Origin: an uncultured Christensenellaceae bacterium
GTDB taxonomy: Bacteria > Bacillota > Clostridia > Christensenellales > UBA3700
Length of the DNA stretch: 64,000 nucleotides
Direction of reading: 5' to 3'
NCBI GenBank assembly: GCA_944380355.1
Contig: CALWHJ010000002.1
Span: forward strand, 368-64,367
Shown: one piece after another, positions 1-9,450 of the stretch
How positions within the stretch are numbered: position 1 is the first letter of the stretch
Layout: the number at the start of each line of letters is the position of its first letter
The notes under the pieces: model-generated
Databases searched by the model: none
Seen by the model: the letters and a program-made list of their open reading frames with translations, nothing else
Told to the model about the DNA's origin: nothing
Program-made: the position numbers and the translations under genes

Positions 1-311
1 TGTCGAGGTGAGCGAAAGCGAGCGCGGAGAGTGGTGCGATTTTGCGAATTTTAAGAGAGTTCGCGAGCGGAGTATATATATTTTATCCGCTTGAAGACAG
101 TACCGACAAAGGGTTATATTCGCTTTAGCTAATATACACCCTTTCGTTTGGTCGGTATAGAGCGAACCCGACGTCTTGCCTTACGCTTTCGATACTTCGG
201 AAGCGTGGGTATTTTGTCGAGGTGAGCGAACCGTAACTGAGCGCAAGCGTCGCAGATAAAGGCAAAATATGCGCCGCTAATTTACACACTTCGTGCGAGA
301 GTAAAATTAAC
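1..311. repeat. degenerate partial copies of the modular intergenic repeat family
   Basis: TGTCGAGGTGAGCGAA at 1-16 and 215-230; GTCGCAGATAAA at 249-260 and 412-423; 20-75 is the reverse complement of the 5675-5725 module. Confidence 0.6.
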
Positions 312-454
312 TATTATTAACTTCGTGAGACCTTGGAGAAGGGTGTGATTTTTTCTTTTTCAAGACCGACTACGACAGGAGCGTACTTGCCGTACGTGAC
401 TGAGTAGGAGCGTCGCAGATAAAAGGAAAAGGCGCGCCCTTATACAAGGTCGCC
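312..454 (-). repeat. modular hairpin repeat, full copy A
   Basis: Reverse complement of 22502-22635 with 2 mismatches in 134 nt (hand alignment); ends on the mnmE stop codon. Confidence 0.9.
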
Positions 455-1779
455 TATTTGCCTAAGCAAAACTTGGAAAATATTCTGTCTACTATCTCTT
501 CCGTCGCAGTCGTTCCCGTTATCTCTCCTAAAGCTACGTAGGCATCTCTCAAATCTATAAGCACGCATTCAGTAGGGAGAGTATCTATATTCAAAGAGGC
601 GTTGATGACGCTTTCTAGCGCGCGGGCTATTGCTTGTGCGTGTCGCTCGTTGGTGATGACGTCGCCGGAAGAATCTAATGTGCCTATGACGGTATCGACG
701 ATTTTTTCTTTTAATTCGTCTATTCCTTGACCTTTTTTCGCGCTTATGCGTACGCCGTCGCGGGTATCGGAATAGAGGTCGCATTTGTTTATTACGAGAA
801 GTATTTTCTTATCCTTGTCAAAACGGGAGATAAGGTCTTTTTCGTAGTCGTTTAAATCTCGTCCCGCTTCTGTCAGAAAGAGTATTATATCGCTGCCTTT
901 CGCCGCCTCTATACTTCTCTCCACGCCTATAGCCTCAACTACGTCGCTGGTTTCGCGTATGCCGGCTGTGTCGATAAGACGCAAAAGCACGCCCTTGACC
1001 TCTAGCGTTTCTTCGAGACTGTCGCGCGTAGTGCCTGCTATCTCGGTAACTATGGCGCGCTGTTTTCCTAAAAGCGCGTTGAGAAGAGAGGATTTTCCTA
1101 CGTTGGCCTGACCGATTATCGCTACGTTGATTCCCTGTCTGATATATCCACCCGTGCGTGAGGTATTGAGCAATTTTTTCAGCTCGTCGGTTATATCCTT
1201 GCTTACTGCCTTGCCGTCCGCGCGCGCCTCTTCCTCCATCTCCTCGGGATAATCCAGACTTGCTTCAAGATGCGAAACGCAGTCGAGTAGTCTGTCCTGC
1301 AAAGAGGTGATTTTACGGGCTATGTCTCCGCTTGACAGACGATAACCCGCATTGAGTGCGGCACTGCTTTCGCCGTTTATCATATCAATTATACCTTCGG
1401 CATCGCTCAGGGCAATTTTGCCGTTGAGAAAAGCACGCTTGGTAAATTCTCCCTTGTCTGCTACGTCGCAGCCTAAGTCGATACAGCGTCTTAAAAGCTC
1501 ACTCACGAGCCTTACTCCGCCGTGACATTGAAATTCCACGAGGTCTTCTCCCGTATACGAATGAGGTGCTTTGAAATAAACGGCTAATATATTGTCTTTA
1601 AACTTTCCTATATCCGCCGTGCCGTAATACATATAATTAGGGGAAGCGTCCTTAAAACTAGCGAGTTTTTTAGTAGAAAAAATGTGGGAGGCAATTTCCA
1701 AAGCCTTGTCTCCGCTCATTCTGACTACGGCTATCGCGCCTTTTCCAACGGGGGTGGATATAGTTGCTATCGTCTTCAT
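454..1779 (-). CDS. mnmE: tRNA modification GTPase MnmE (TrmE)
   Basis: 441-aa ORF; G-domain motifs GQANVGKSSLLN (G1), DTAGIRET (G3), NKCD (G4); canonical C-terminal CLGK. Confidence 0.95.
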   Translation of the reverse strand: MKTIATISTPVGKGAIAVVRMSGDKALEIASHIFSTKKLASFKDASPNYMYYGTADIGKFKDNILAVYFKAPHSYTGEDLVEFQCHGGVRLVSELLRRCIDLGCDVADKGEFTKRAFLNGKIALSDAEGIIDMINGESSAALNAGYRLSSGDIARKITSLQDRLLDCVSHLEASLDYPEEMEEEARADGKAVSKDITDELKKLLNTSRTGGYIRQGINVAIIGQANVGKSSLLNALLGKQRAIVTEIAGTTRDSLEETLEVKGVLLRLIDTAGIRETSDVVEAIGVERSIEAAKGSDIILFLTEAGRDLNDYEKDLISRFDKDKKILLVINKCDLYSDTRDGVRISAKKGQGIDELKEKIVDTVIGTLDSSGDVITNERHAQAIARALESVINASLNIDTLPTECVLIDLRDAYVALGEITGTTATEEIVDRIFSKFCLGK

Positions 1780-1863
1780 AATTTAATTATAACACACGCG
1801 GTATGCGTTTGCAAATACAAAGAGCGTGTGATATAATAATCGTAAATTACAAAGGCAAGAAAT

Positions 1864-3732
1864 ATGTTGGACAGTTACGATAAAAATTACGATGCGATAG
1901 TAATAGGCGCGGGACACGCGGGAGTAGAAGCGTGCCTTGCTTTGGCGCGCCTGGGACATAAGACGCTGGTAGTAACTTTGTCTTTGGACGCGATAGCTTT
2001 TATGGCTTGCAATCCCGCTATCGGCGGTACGGCAAAAGGCCACTTAGTAAGAGAAATCGACGCTCTCGGCGGACAGATGGGAATATCAGCCGACCATAAT
2101 CTTTTGCAGATTCGTATGCTCAATATGGGCAAGGGCGCGGCGGTACAGTCTTTGAGAGGACAAGCCGACAAAACTCTCTATCATCACTATATGAAGCGCG
2201 TACTCGAAAACGAGCCTGATTTGGATATTCTGCAAGGAGAAGTCGCGGAAATACTTGTCGAAAACGGCAAAGTCTGCGGTATAAAAACTACTCTCAATCA
2301 AGAGTTTTTCTGCGACGCGATAGTAGTAGCAACGGGCGTATATCTAAACGCTCACATAATAATCGGCGACAACGTAACAAAGACGGGACCCAACGGTTTT
2401 GCGCGCGCTACGCGCCTTACCGACAGCCTTATAAAACTCGGTATTCCCACAAGAAGATTCAAGACGGGTACTCCCGCAAGAGTCGATAAAAAGTCAATCA
2501 ACTTCGACGTAATGCAAGTGCAGAAAGGCGACGATAATATATATCCTTTTTCCTTTATGACAAAGGGATTCGTACCCAACAAGGAAGTGTGTTATCTCAC
2601 TTATACCACTCAAAAAACCAAGGATATCATTATGCAGAATATCGACCGTTCTCCTTTGTACAACGGCTCTATTCACAGCATAGGTCCCAGATACTGCCCG
2701 TCGATTGAAGACAAGGTAATGCGCTTTGCCGACAAGGAAAGACATCAGATATTTATCGAACCCGAAAGCTCGCTTACGGACGAAATGTACGTGCAGGGTA
2801 TGTCTTCCTCACTTCCTTTCGACGTACAGCTCGAAATGTACAGAAGCGTTATAGGTCTTGAAAAGGTAAAAATACTCAGATTTGCTTACGCCATCGAATA
2901 CGACTGCATAGATTCGCTTTGCCTTACTCCTTATCTTATGACAAAGGATATACAGGGACTGTTCCTCGCGGGACAGCTCAACGGAAGCAGCGGATACGAA
3001 GAAGCCGCCGCTCAGGGTATTATGGCGGGCATCAACGCGTCGCGTTATCTTAAAAACGCCGACTACGTAGTACTCAAAAGAGACAGTTCGTATATAGGCG
3101 TACTAATCGACGATTTGGTTACAAAAGGCACCAATGAGCCTTACCGTATGATGACGGCAAGAGCAGAACACAGACTTCTTTTAAGACAAGAAAACGCTGA
3201 CCAAAGACTTACTCCTATCGGAAGAGAAGTAGGACTGGTATCAGACGAAAGATGGCAAAATCTGCAGACTAAAATAAATACAATAAAAGAAATCGACAAA
3301 AAGCTGGACAAAATCATACCTCCCAGAGAATACCGCGCATTTTTCGAGTCGATAGGAGAATCCGTACCAAACAACGGTTTATCCTATAAGGATATGCTAA
3401 AGCGCGCAGGCATTACCTACGATATGCTTACGGATAACTTTGACGAGCTGAAAACTCTGGACAGAAGATGTATGGAAGAAGTCGCGACTACCGTCAAATA
3501 TGCCGGATATCTCGTCAAACAGCAAGCTATGATAGAGGATATCAACAAGCTGGAAAATAAGGTTTTGCCTGAGAATATTGACTATAACGATATAAAGGGA
3601 CTGAGAATAGAAGCAAGGCAAAAACTCGATAAAATCCGTCCTCTCAATCTCTCGCAAGCTTCGAGAATAAGCGGAGTTTCTCCCGCGGATATTACCGTGC
3701 TTTTGGTATATCTTGCAAAAAACAAACTCTGA
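1864..3732 (+). CDS. mnmG: tRNA uridine 5-carboxymethylaminomethyl modification enzyme MnmG (GidA)
   Basis: 622-aa ORF; N-terminal FAD fold YDAIVIGAGHAGVEA; length and collinearity typical of GidA; followed by rsmG. Confidence 0.95.
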   Translation: MLDSYDKNYDAIVIGAGHAGVEACLALARLGHKTLVVTLSLDAIAFMACNPAIGGTAKGHLVREIDALGGQMGISADHNLLQIRMLNMGKGAAVQSLRGQADKTLYHHYMKRVLENEPDLDILQGEVAEILVENGKVCGIKTTLNQEFFCDAIVVATGVYLNAHIIIGDNVTKTGPNGFARATRLTDSLIKLGIPTRRFKTGTPARVDKKSINFDVMQVQKGDDNIYPFSFMTKGFVPNKEVCYLTYTTQKTKDIIMQNIDRSPLYNGSIHSIGPRYCPSIEDKVMRFADKERHQIFIEPESSLTDEMYVQGMSSSLPFDVQLEMYRSVIGLEKVKILRFAYAIEYDCIDSLCLTPYLMTKDIQGLFLAGQLNGSSGYEEAAAQGIMAGINASRYLKNADYVVLKRDSSYIGVLIDDLVTKGTNEPYRMMTARAEHRLLLRQENADQRLTPIGREVGLVSDERWQNLQTKINTIKEIDKKLDKIIPPREYRAFFESIGESVPNNGLSYKDMLKRAGITYDMLTDNFDELKTLDRRCMEEVATTVKYAGYLVKQQAMIEDINKLENKVLPENIDYNDIKGLRIEARQKLDKIRPLNLSQASRISGVSPADITVLLVYLAKNKL

Positions 3733-3778
3733 TATTATACCTCTTATATTATTCGTATAACGGACAGACTCAAAAGCT

Positions 3779-4486
3779 ATGGAAAATTTACCTTTGTTAT
3801 GTGAATTTTTAGAAAACAACGGTTATTCCGCACAAAAATATGCGGATAAGTTTTCACGCTGTTTCGAGCTTCTTATCGAGTGGAACGAAAAATTCAATCT
3901 TACGGCTATTACGGATAGAGAAGGCGTAGAGACAAAGCACTTTATTGACAGTTTTTTAGGAAACGTCATACTCAAAAACATAAATGCAAAAAGCGTATGC
4001 GATATAGGTTGCGGAGCGGGCTTTCCGTCAATTCCTCTTGCTATAATAAATCCCGATATAAATTTTACTCTCGTAGACAGCGTAAATAAAAAAATCACTT
4101 TTATAGAAGAATTGAAAAGACAGCTCGCGCTTGACAACGTAGAATGTTTTCACTCGCGTGCAGAGGACTTTGCGCGTATTAATTTTCAAAAATTCGACTG
4201 TTGCGTTGCAAGGGCTGTAGCGGCTCTTCCTACGCTGGCTGAGTATACTTTGCCTTTGATCAAAAAAGGCGGATACCTTTTGGCTTATAAGGGTATTAAT
4301 TATCAGGAAGAATTAAAAAATTCACAGAAAATACTTAGTATTCTAAACTCCGAAACAGATAATATTTATGAGAGTTCTCTCCCGGACGGTGAAAAAAGAT
4401 ACATACTGACAATAAAAAAAACAGGCGACTGCCCGAAAAAATATCCGAGAGGCGGAAACAAACCCAGAATATCTCCTATTGTTTGA
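3779..4486 (+). CDS. rsmG: 16S rRNA (guanine527-N7)-methyltransferase RsmG (GidB)
   Basis: 235-aa ORF; SAM motif DIGCGAGFPSIPLAI; conserved position after mnmG. Confidence 0.9.
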   Translation: MENLPLLCEFLENNGYSAQKYADKFSRCFELLIEWNEKFNLTAITDREGVETKHFIDSFLGNVILKNINAKSVCDIGCGAGFPSIPLAIINPDINFTLVDSVNKKITFIEELKRQLALDNVECFHSRAEDFARINFQKFDCCVARAVAALPTLAEYTLPLIKKGGYLLAYKGINYQEELKNSQKILSILNSETDNIYESSLPDGEKRYILTIKKTGDCPKKYPRGGNKPRISPIV

Positions 4487-4727
4487 AGCTTTTTTGTATT
4501 TCAATAACAAATAACAAGGTATATACGACGCAAGTATATGCCTTTTTTTATATTGAAAATTCAAAGACGTATATAAGAAAAAACTTTTAAATTTTATATT
4601 TATTGTTCTGTTTTTTATTATTCTGTCAAGTTGTAGGTTAAATTCTTGCATATATTTTTTTTGTTTGGTATAATAATATAAAATATTTTAAGGTTTTACC
4701 TCAAAAAGCGTGTACAGGAGGTTACTT

Positions 4728-5600
4728 ATGAAAAAGGAAAGTAACGGCTCTAATATAGAAAAAATGCTCGATATCGACGAGCAGATTACTTCTTACGATA
4801 AGGACGGCAAACTCACTGAAGGCGTTGAGTTGATGTCGCTTGCAAAGATTATCACTAATCCTAATCAGCCCAGAAAAAAATTCGATGAAAATCTTCTCGA
4901 AGAACTTGCCGCTTCTATCAAAAATTACGGCGTTATTCAGCCTATTATCGTATGCCCCGTCGGAGACGATACCTACGAGATAGTAGCAGGTGAGAGAAGA
5001 TACAGAGCAAGCAAAATAGCGGGCAATACCACCGTACCCGTTATCATCAAAAAACTCAGCTCAAAACAGCGCAAAGAAATTGCCCTTATTGAAAACCTTC
5101 AGCGTCAGGACCTCAATCCTATCGAAGAAGCTCAGGCTTATAAGGCACTTATAGACGAATACGGTTTTACGCAAGAACAGCTTGCCGACAGACTGGGAAA
5201 ATCCCGTCCTGTCATTACCAACTCTTTGAGACTTCTCAATCTCAATCCCGTAGTAATAGATATGGTCATCAACGGCAGACTTTCCGCAGGCCACGCAAGA
5301 TGCCTGTCTTCCATAAAGGACTATATAGTACAGAATACATACGCTATCGCAGCCTGCGATAAGCAACTCAGCGTACGTCAGCTGGAGATAATGGTAAGAA
5401 ATTATCTCAATCCTAAAAAGAGCGATAAAAAACCTACTGAATTGCCCGTAGAACTGAAAGACCTTGCTAATATTATGCAGAAGAAATTCGGTACTAAAGT
5501 AAATGCCGTAGGTACTAATAATAAAGGAAGAATTTTTATAGATTATTATACGGCGGAGGATTTGGACAGAATTTACGATATTCTCGCCAAAATTAAATAG
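4728..5600 (+). CDS. parB: ParB/Spo0J/Noc-family partition or nucleoid-occlusion protein; no parA beside it
   Basis: ParB box GERRYRA and HTH region; AGGAGG 7 nt before the ATG at 4728, so the track start at 4710 is rejected. Confidence 0.85.
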   Translation: MKKESNGSNIEKMLDIDEQITSYDKDGKLTEGVELMSLAKIITNPNQPRKKFDENLLEELAASIKNYGVIQPIIVCPVGDDTYEIVAGERRYRASKIAGNTTVPVIIKKLSSKQRKEIALIENLQRQDLNPIEEAQAYKALIDEYGFTQEQLADRLGKSRPVITNSLRLLNLNPVVIDMVINGRLSAGHARCLSSIKDYIVQNTYAIAACDKQLSVRQLEIMVRNYLNPKKSDKKPTELPVELKDLANIMQKKFGTKVNAVGTNNKGRIFIDYYTAEDLDRIYDILAKIK

Positions 5601-5745
5601 GCAAGCGCGTATAGCGGCGCGCCTTTTATAATTTTGGCGAGCAGTTACGCTCGGTCACGTACATCTAGTACGCTCCGCTCGCGAACTCTCTTAAAATTAA
5701 AAAAATCACACCACTCTCCGTGCTTGCACGAAAGTATGTAATATA
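5600..5745 (+). repeat. modular hairpin repeat, diverged full copy B
   Basis: GGCAAGCGCGTATAGCGGCGCGCCTTTT...CGTAC-atcta-GTACG...AAAAAAATCACACCACTCTCCGTGCTTGCACGAAAGT; starts on the G of the parB TAG. Confidence 0.8.
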
Positions 5746-5782
5746 TAATTATTTTTAGAGCAGTTAAACTCAATTAAATACT

Positions 5783-5932
5783 GCAAGTACGCGCCTTTGC
5801 GGGCGACCTCGAAAAAGCCAACTCTACACCCTTCTCCAAGGTCGCACGAAGTGGGTAATAAATAAGATAAAATCTGAAAAAGATAAACTCTACACACTCT
5901 TCGTGCTTGCAAGAAGTGGGGTAATATAAATT
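5783..5932 (+). repeat. two tandem partial copies (right-half and right-end modules)
   Basis: ...GTACGCGCCTTTGCGGGCGACCTCGAAAAAG...CACCCTTCTCCAAGGTCGCACGAAGTGGGTAATAAA, then ...CACACTCTTCGTGCTTGCAAGAAGTGGGGTAATATAAA. Confidence 0.7.
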
Positions 5933-5953
5933 GTTATAATTATTTTTTAAATT

Positions 5954-6301
5954 ATGAATATAAATTACTTATTGCCTATAATAATTGCCGTGATTTTTTT
6001 GATGATAATTATGTCGTCAAACAAGATATTGACGGCTTATATAGTCAAAAGAAACATAAAAAGAAAAAGGGGACTAAATCAAAATATGAACGAACTTCTT
6101 CAGAGTTTTGTAGAAAAAGACTGTATTATATATTGCATAAACAATACGTCTGTTGACGGAATTATAAAAGACGTAAAAGAAAATGCCGTACTTATAGAAA
6201 CGCGCGACGGACTTCAGCTTATCAATACCGATTTTATCACCCGCGTTAGAGAATATCCTAAAGGCAAAAACGGCAAAAGAAAAGGCTTTTTGATGGATTA
6301 A
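5954..6301 (+). CDS. hypothetical membrane-anchored small protein
   Basis: 115-aa ORF with one N-terminal TM helix (LLPIIIAVIFLMIIM); followed by a hairpin terminator; no recognisable motif. Confidence 0.5.
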   Translation: MNINYLLPIIIAVIFLMIIMSSNKILTAYIVKRNIKRKRGLNQNMNELLQSFVEKDCIIYCINNTSVDGIIKDVKENAVLIETRDGLQLINTDFITRVREYPKGKNGKRKGFLMD

Positions 6302-6317
6302 TCAATAAAAAATAAAT

Positions 6318-6343
6318 ACCGCTCTTAATTGAGCGGTTTTTTT
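6318..6343 (+). terminator. rho-independent terminator
   Basis: ACCGCTC-ttaatt-GAGCGGT followed by a T-run. Confidence 0.7.
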
Positions 6344-6447
6344 ATTTGCCTTTTAAAAAATATTATTTAATTAAACTTATAAAAAACCACCCTCACATTA
6401 GTACGGAGAGTAGTATTATTTTATAAGTTTTAAAATTTATCAAAATT

Positions 6448-6591
6448 TTATTACCCACTCCGTGCGACCTTGTATAAGGGGGTGATTTTTTCTTTTTCTA
6501 GGTCGCCCGCAAAGGCGCGTACTAGATGTACGTAACTGCCACGGGTGTACCGCAGACAAAAGGAAAAGGCGCGCCCTTATACAAGGTCGCC
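6448..6591 (-). repeat. modular hairpin repeat, full copy C
   Basis: Perfect 17-bp terminal inverted repeats GCGACCTTGTATAAGGG (6464-6480) and CCCTTATACAAGGTCGC (6574-6590); ends on the dnaN stop codon. Confidence 0.9.
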
Positions 6592-7697
6592 TATCTACTG
6601 CGTATAGGCAAAATAAGATACAAATACTCATTGCTCTCTATAGGAGTAATTACGATAGGCGAATTGCTGTTTAAAAACTTCATAGAGATATATTCGTCCT
6701 GAGTATTTTTGATGCAGTCAGTGAGATACTTTGCGTTGAGATTTACGCTCATATCCTTACCGCTGGTAAAGGTATTTATTACTTCCTTTATGTTGCTGGT
6801 GGCAGTATTGCAGTAGATGGTCATTTTACCTTCTTTTATGTCCATCTTAATGTAGTTGTTTTTGTCCATACGGGCAATTACGTCTACCTTGTCCATACTG
6901 TACTCGAGACTTGCTCTGTCTACTGTTACTACCGTTTCGAAAGTAGTGGGAATGGTGGACTGATATTTTATAAACTGACCTGCTATCAAAGAAGTGATAA
7001 CCTTTGTGTTGTCAAACTCAACGCACATTTTCTTGTCGTTGATATTTAGGGTAATTTCATTTTCTTCGTCCTCAAAAAGTTTGGATATTTCGCTAAGGCT
7101 CTTAGCGGGTACTATAATCTCTTTTGAAGGATATTCATTGTCAAGCTCTTTGTTGCATACTGCAAGTCTGTAACCGTCAAGACCTACGCTCTTAATTTCT
7201 TTTCCGTTGACGGAGATAAGACAGCCTTTGAGTTGTTGTCTTACTTCCTCGGTGGAAGTAGCAAATATAGTCTTATTGACCAAATCTTTGAAATCCTTCT
7301 GCTTTATAGTAAGCTGCATATCGTACTTTTGCTCTTCAATGGAAGGATATTCGTTTATATTCATAGTAGCAAGGTAAATAAAGCTGTCGCAGTGAGTGAT
7401 GCAAAGCTTATCCTTTTCTATATCGCTGTCAAACTCTATTATGTTTTCCTTGCTTATTTTTCTTATATACTCGCAGATAGTTCTGCCGGGAACGAGTACT
7501 TCTCCTTCGAGAATAATATCCGCTCTTATTTTCATAACTACTACAAAATCAATATCCGTAGCCATAACAGTGAGGGTATCTTTGAACGCGCTGAACTTTA
7601 TGCCTTCGAGAATAGGCATACTCTTTTTAGAAGGCAATGCCTTCATTACTTTTGACAAAGCGTCGGACAAATCCATACCGTTGCAAATAAACTTCAT
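6591..7697 (-). CDS. dnaN: DNA polymerase III beta sliding clamp
   Basis: 368-aa ORF directly downstream of dnaA on the same strand; N-terminus MKFICNGMDLSDALSKV...PILEGIKF is typical of DnaN. Confidence 0.95.
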   Translation of the reverse strand: MKFICNGMDLSDALSKVMKALPSKKSMPILEGIKFSAFKDTLTVMATDIDFVVVMKIRADIILEGEVLVPGRTICEYIRKISKENIIEFDSDIEKDKLCITHCDSFIYLATMNINEYPSIEEQKYDMQLTIKQKDFKDLVNKTIFATSTEEVRQQLKGCLISVNGKEIKSVGLDGYRLAVCNKELDNEYPSKEIIVPAKSLSEISKLFEDEENEITLNINDKKMCVEFDNTKVITSLIAGQFIKYQSTIPTTFETVVTVDRASLEYSMDKVDVIARMDKNNYIKMDIKEGKMTIYCNTATSNIKEVINTFTSGKDMSVNLNAKYLTDCIKNTQDEYISMKFLNSNSPIVITPIESNEYLYLILPIRSR

Positions 7698-7964
7698 AAG
7701 TCACCTCATATTTATGCTAAAGCAATTAATGTATTTATTTATATATTGATAGATAATAATATATCATAATAATGTCTGTGAATATGTTGATAAGTGGTAT
7801 TTACCGCATTATATCCTAAAAATTTATCAACAAACAGGGGTATAAATATGTTGATAAGTTTTTAATGTTATCCACAATATACACAAAAGATTTCAAAAGA
7901 AGGTATTTTATGTCTTTTAATTATAAAAATACTATAAATTTTAAGAATAAAATACTCTTTTATT
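7698..7964. promoter_or_regulatory. candidate oriC element: DnaA-box cluster plus AT-rich unwinding region in the dnaA-dnaN intergenic spacer
   Basis: TTATCCACA at 7868-7876; TTATCAACA-type boxes at 7785-7793(rc), 7824-7832 and 7849-7857(rc); 15-bp repeat AATATGTTGATAAGT at 7781 and 7845; very AT-rich 7700-7780. Confidence 0.7.
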
Positions 7965-9308
7965 TTACTTCTTTTGTATCATATTCTTGATGTCTTTTAT
8001 CTGAGTGGCAATCATATTGTCGGTCTTTGACAATTCTTCTATCTTATCTCTTGCGTAGATAATGGTAGTATGGTCCCTTCCTCCGAAATAACTGCCTATC
8101 GTAGCAAGAGGTACTCCCAAAAGGTCGTTTATGAGATAGATAGCGATTTGTCTTGCCATTACTATCTGTTTGAGTTTTTTCTTTCCGATAACTTCCTGTT
8201 TTTTTATGTTGAAATAAGAGCAGGTAGCGTCTACTATACTGTCGAGCGAAAGTATGTGAGTAGTTACGTCAATATCGTCTTTCAGGGCTTCTTTTATTAT
8301 ATCTATATTGTCGGGTTGCTGACCTTTGAGCTGACAATAGAAAATTACTTTTTGAAGCGCGCCTTCGAGTTCTCTTACGTTTTTATCGAATTTTTCTGCG
8401 ATAAAGTAAACTACGTTTATAGGAAGGTTTACGTTTTTAAAGAAAGCCTTTTTCTGAAGTATTGCTATTCTCGTCTCGAGGTCGGGCAAAGATATGTCTA
8501 CCGTAAGACCGCTTGAGAATCTTGACTGAAGTCTTTCTTCCAGGAAAGTGAGTTCTCTTGGATGACGGTCAGAAGATATTACGATTTGCTTTTTTGACTG
8601 ATACAAGTCGTTGAACGTATGAAACAATGCTTCCTGACTAGTTATCTTGCCTGACAGAAACTGTATATCGTCAAGCATAAGTACGTCGACTCTTCTGTAT
8701 TTTTCCCTGAATTTAATATTTTCAATATTGTCTTTTGAATTTTTAAGACTGTCTATAAAGTCATTTACAAACTGTTCGGTAGTGCAATATAGAATTTTTG
8801 ACTTTTTATTGTTTTTTAAAATCTCGTTGCCGATAGCGTGCATAATGTGAGTTTTACCAAGTCCTACGCCTCCGTATATGAAGAGAGGATTGTGAAGTGT
8901 ACCCGGTTGGCTTGCTACGGCTTTTGCGGCAGCGTAAGCTATTTGGTTAGAAGAGCCTACTACGAATTTATCGAAAGTAAAATTAGGGTCGAAAATAGAA
9001 GAGTAATTAGAATTTTCTTCTTTCTTTTCATCTTCGATTTTTGTCTGATATACCGGTATTTCTTCGGGCGTGATTATAAGATAATCATCAACGTAAGTAT
9101 TGAGCTTTTTAATCTCGTCGAGAATAATATTGCGGTAATTTTTGTTTATAGTGTTTTTAGCCGACTTGAGGTTGGCTACCAGAATGAGTTTATTGTAAGC
9201 GATAGTAAGAGGTTCAAGATTTTTGAACCACATATCGTAACTTACGGTAGATATATTGTTTGATATTCCGAGCAACAATACGTCCCAGATTTTTTTGCTT
9301 TCTTCCAT
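7965..9308 (-). CDS. dnaA: chromosomal replication initiator DnaA
   Basis: 447-aa ORF; AAA+ Walker A GGVGLGKTHIMHAIG; Walker B VLMLDDIQFL; C-terminal DNA-binding domain (GGRDHTTIIYA). Confidence 0.97.
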   Translation of the reverse strand: MEESKKIWDVLLLGISNNISTVSYDMWFKNLEPLTIAYNKLILVANLKSAKNTINKNYRNIILDEIKKLNTYVDDYLIITPEEIPVYQTKIEDEKKEENSNYSSIFDPNFTFDKFVVGSSNQIAYAAAKAVASQPGTLHNPLFIYGGVGLGKTHIMHAIGNEILKNNKKSKILYCTTEQFVNDFIDSLKNSKDNIENIKFREKYRRVDVLMLDDIQFLSGKITSQEALFHTFNDLYQSKKQIVISSDRHPRELTFLEERLQSRFSSGLTVDISLPDLETRIAILQKKAFFKNVNLPINVVYFIAEKFDKNVRELEGALQKVIFYCQLKGQQPDNIDIIKEALKDDIDVTTHILSLDSIVDATCSYFNIKKQEVIGKKKLKQIVMARQIAIYLINDLLGVPLATIGSYFGGRDHTTIIYARDKIEELSKTDNMIATQIKDIKNMIQKK

Positions 9309-9450
9309 ACGTATATTATACTATAGACGGCTTAAAATTTCAATTATATTTATATAAATAGAAAAATTCAAAAAAATATATTTGATTTATAAACAAAAAA
9401 CAAGCAGATTTGATAATAAAATTTTTATTATCAATAAGAATAAACGCTCT

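Noticed and set aside
4710-5600. A parS site associated with the parB gene
   Set aside because: I looked for TGTTNCACGTGAAACA-like 16-mers near CACGTG occurrences and found none convincing. The only CACGTG nearby lies inside the gyrB leader tract. The scan was by eye, so it is not exhaustive.
1-6591. Repeat arrays at 1-454, 5600-5932 and 6448-6591 as a CRISPR array or integron attC sites
   Set aside because: There are no regularly spaced identical repeats with unique spacers. Units are heterogeneous, partly nested and in both orientations. No cas genes or integron integrase are in the window.
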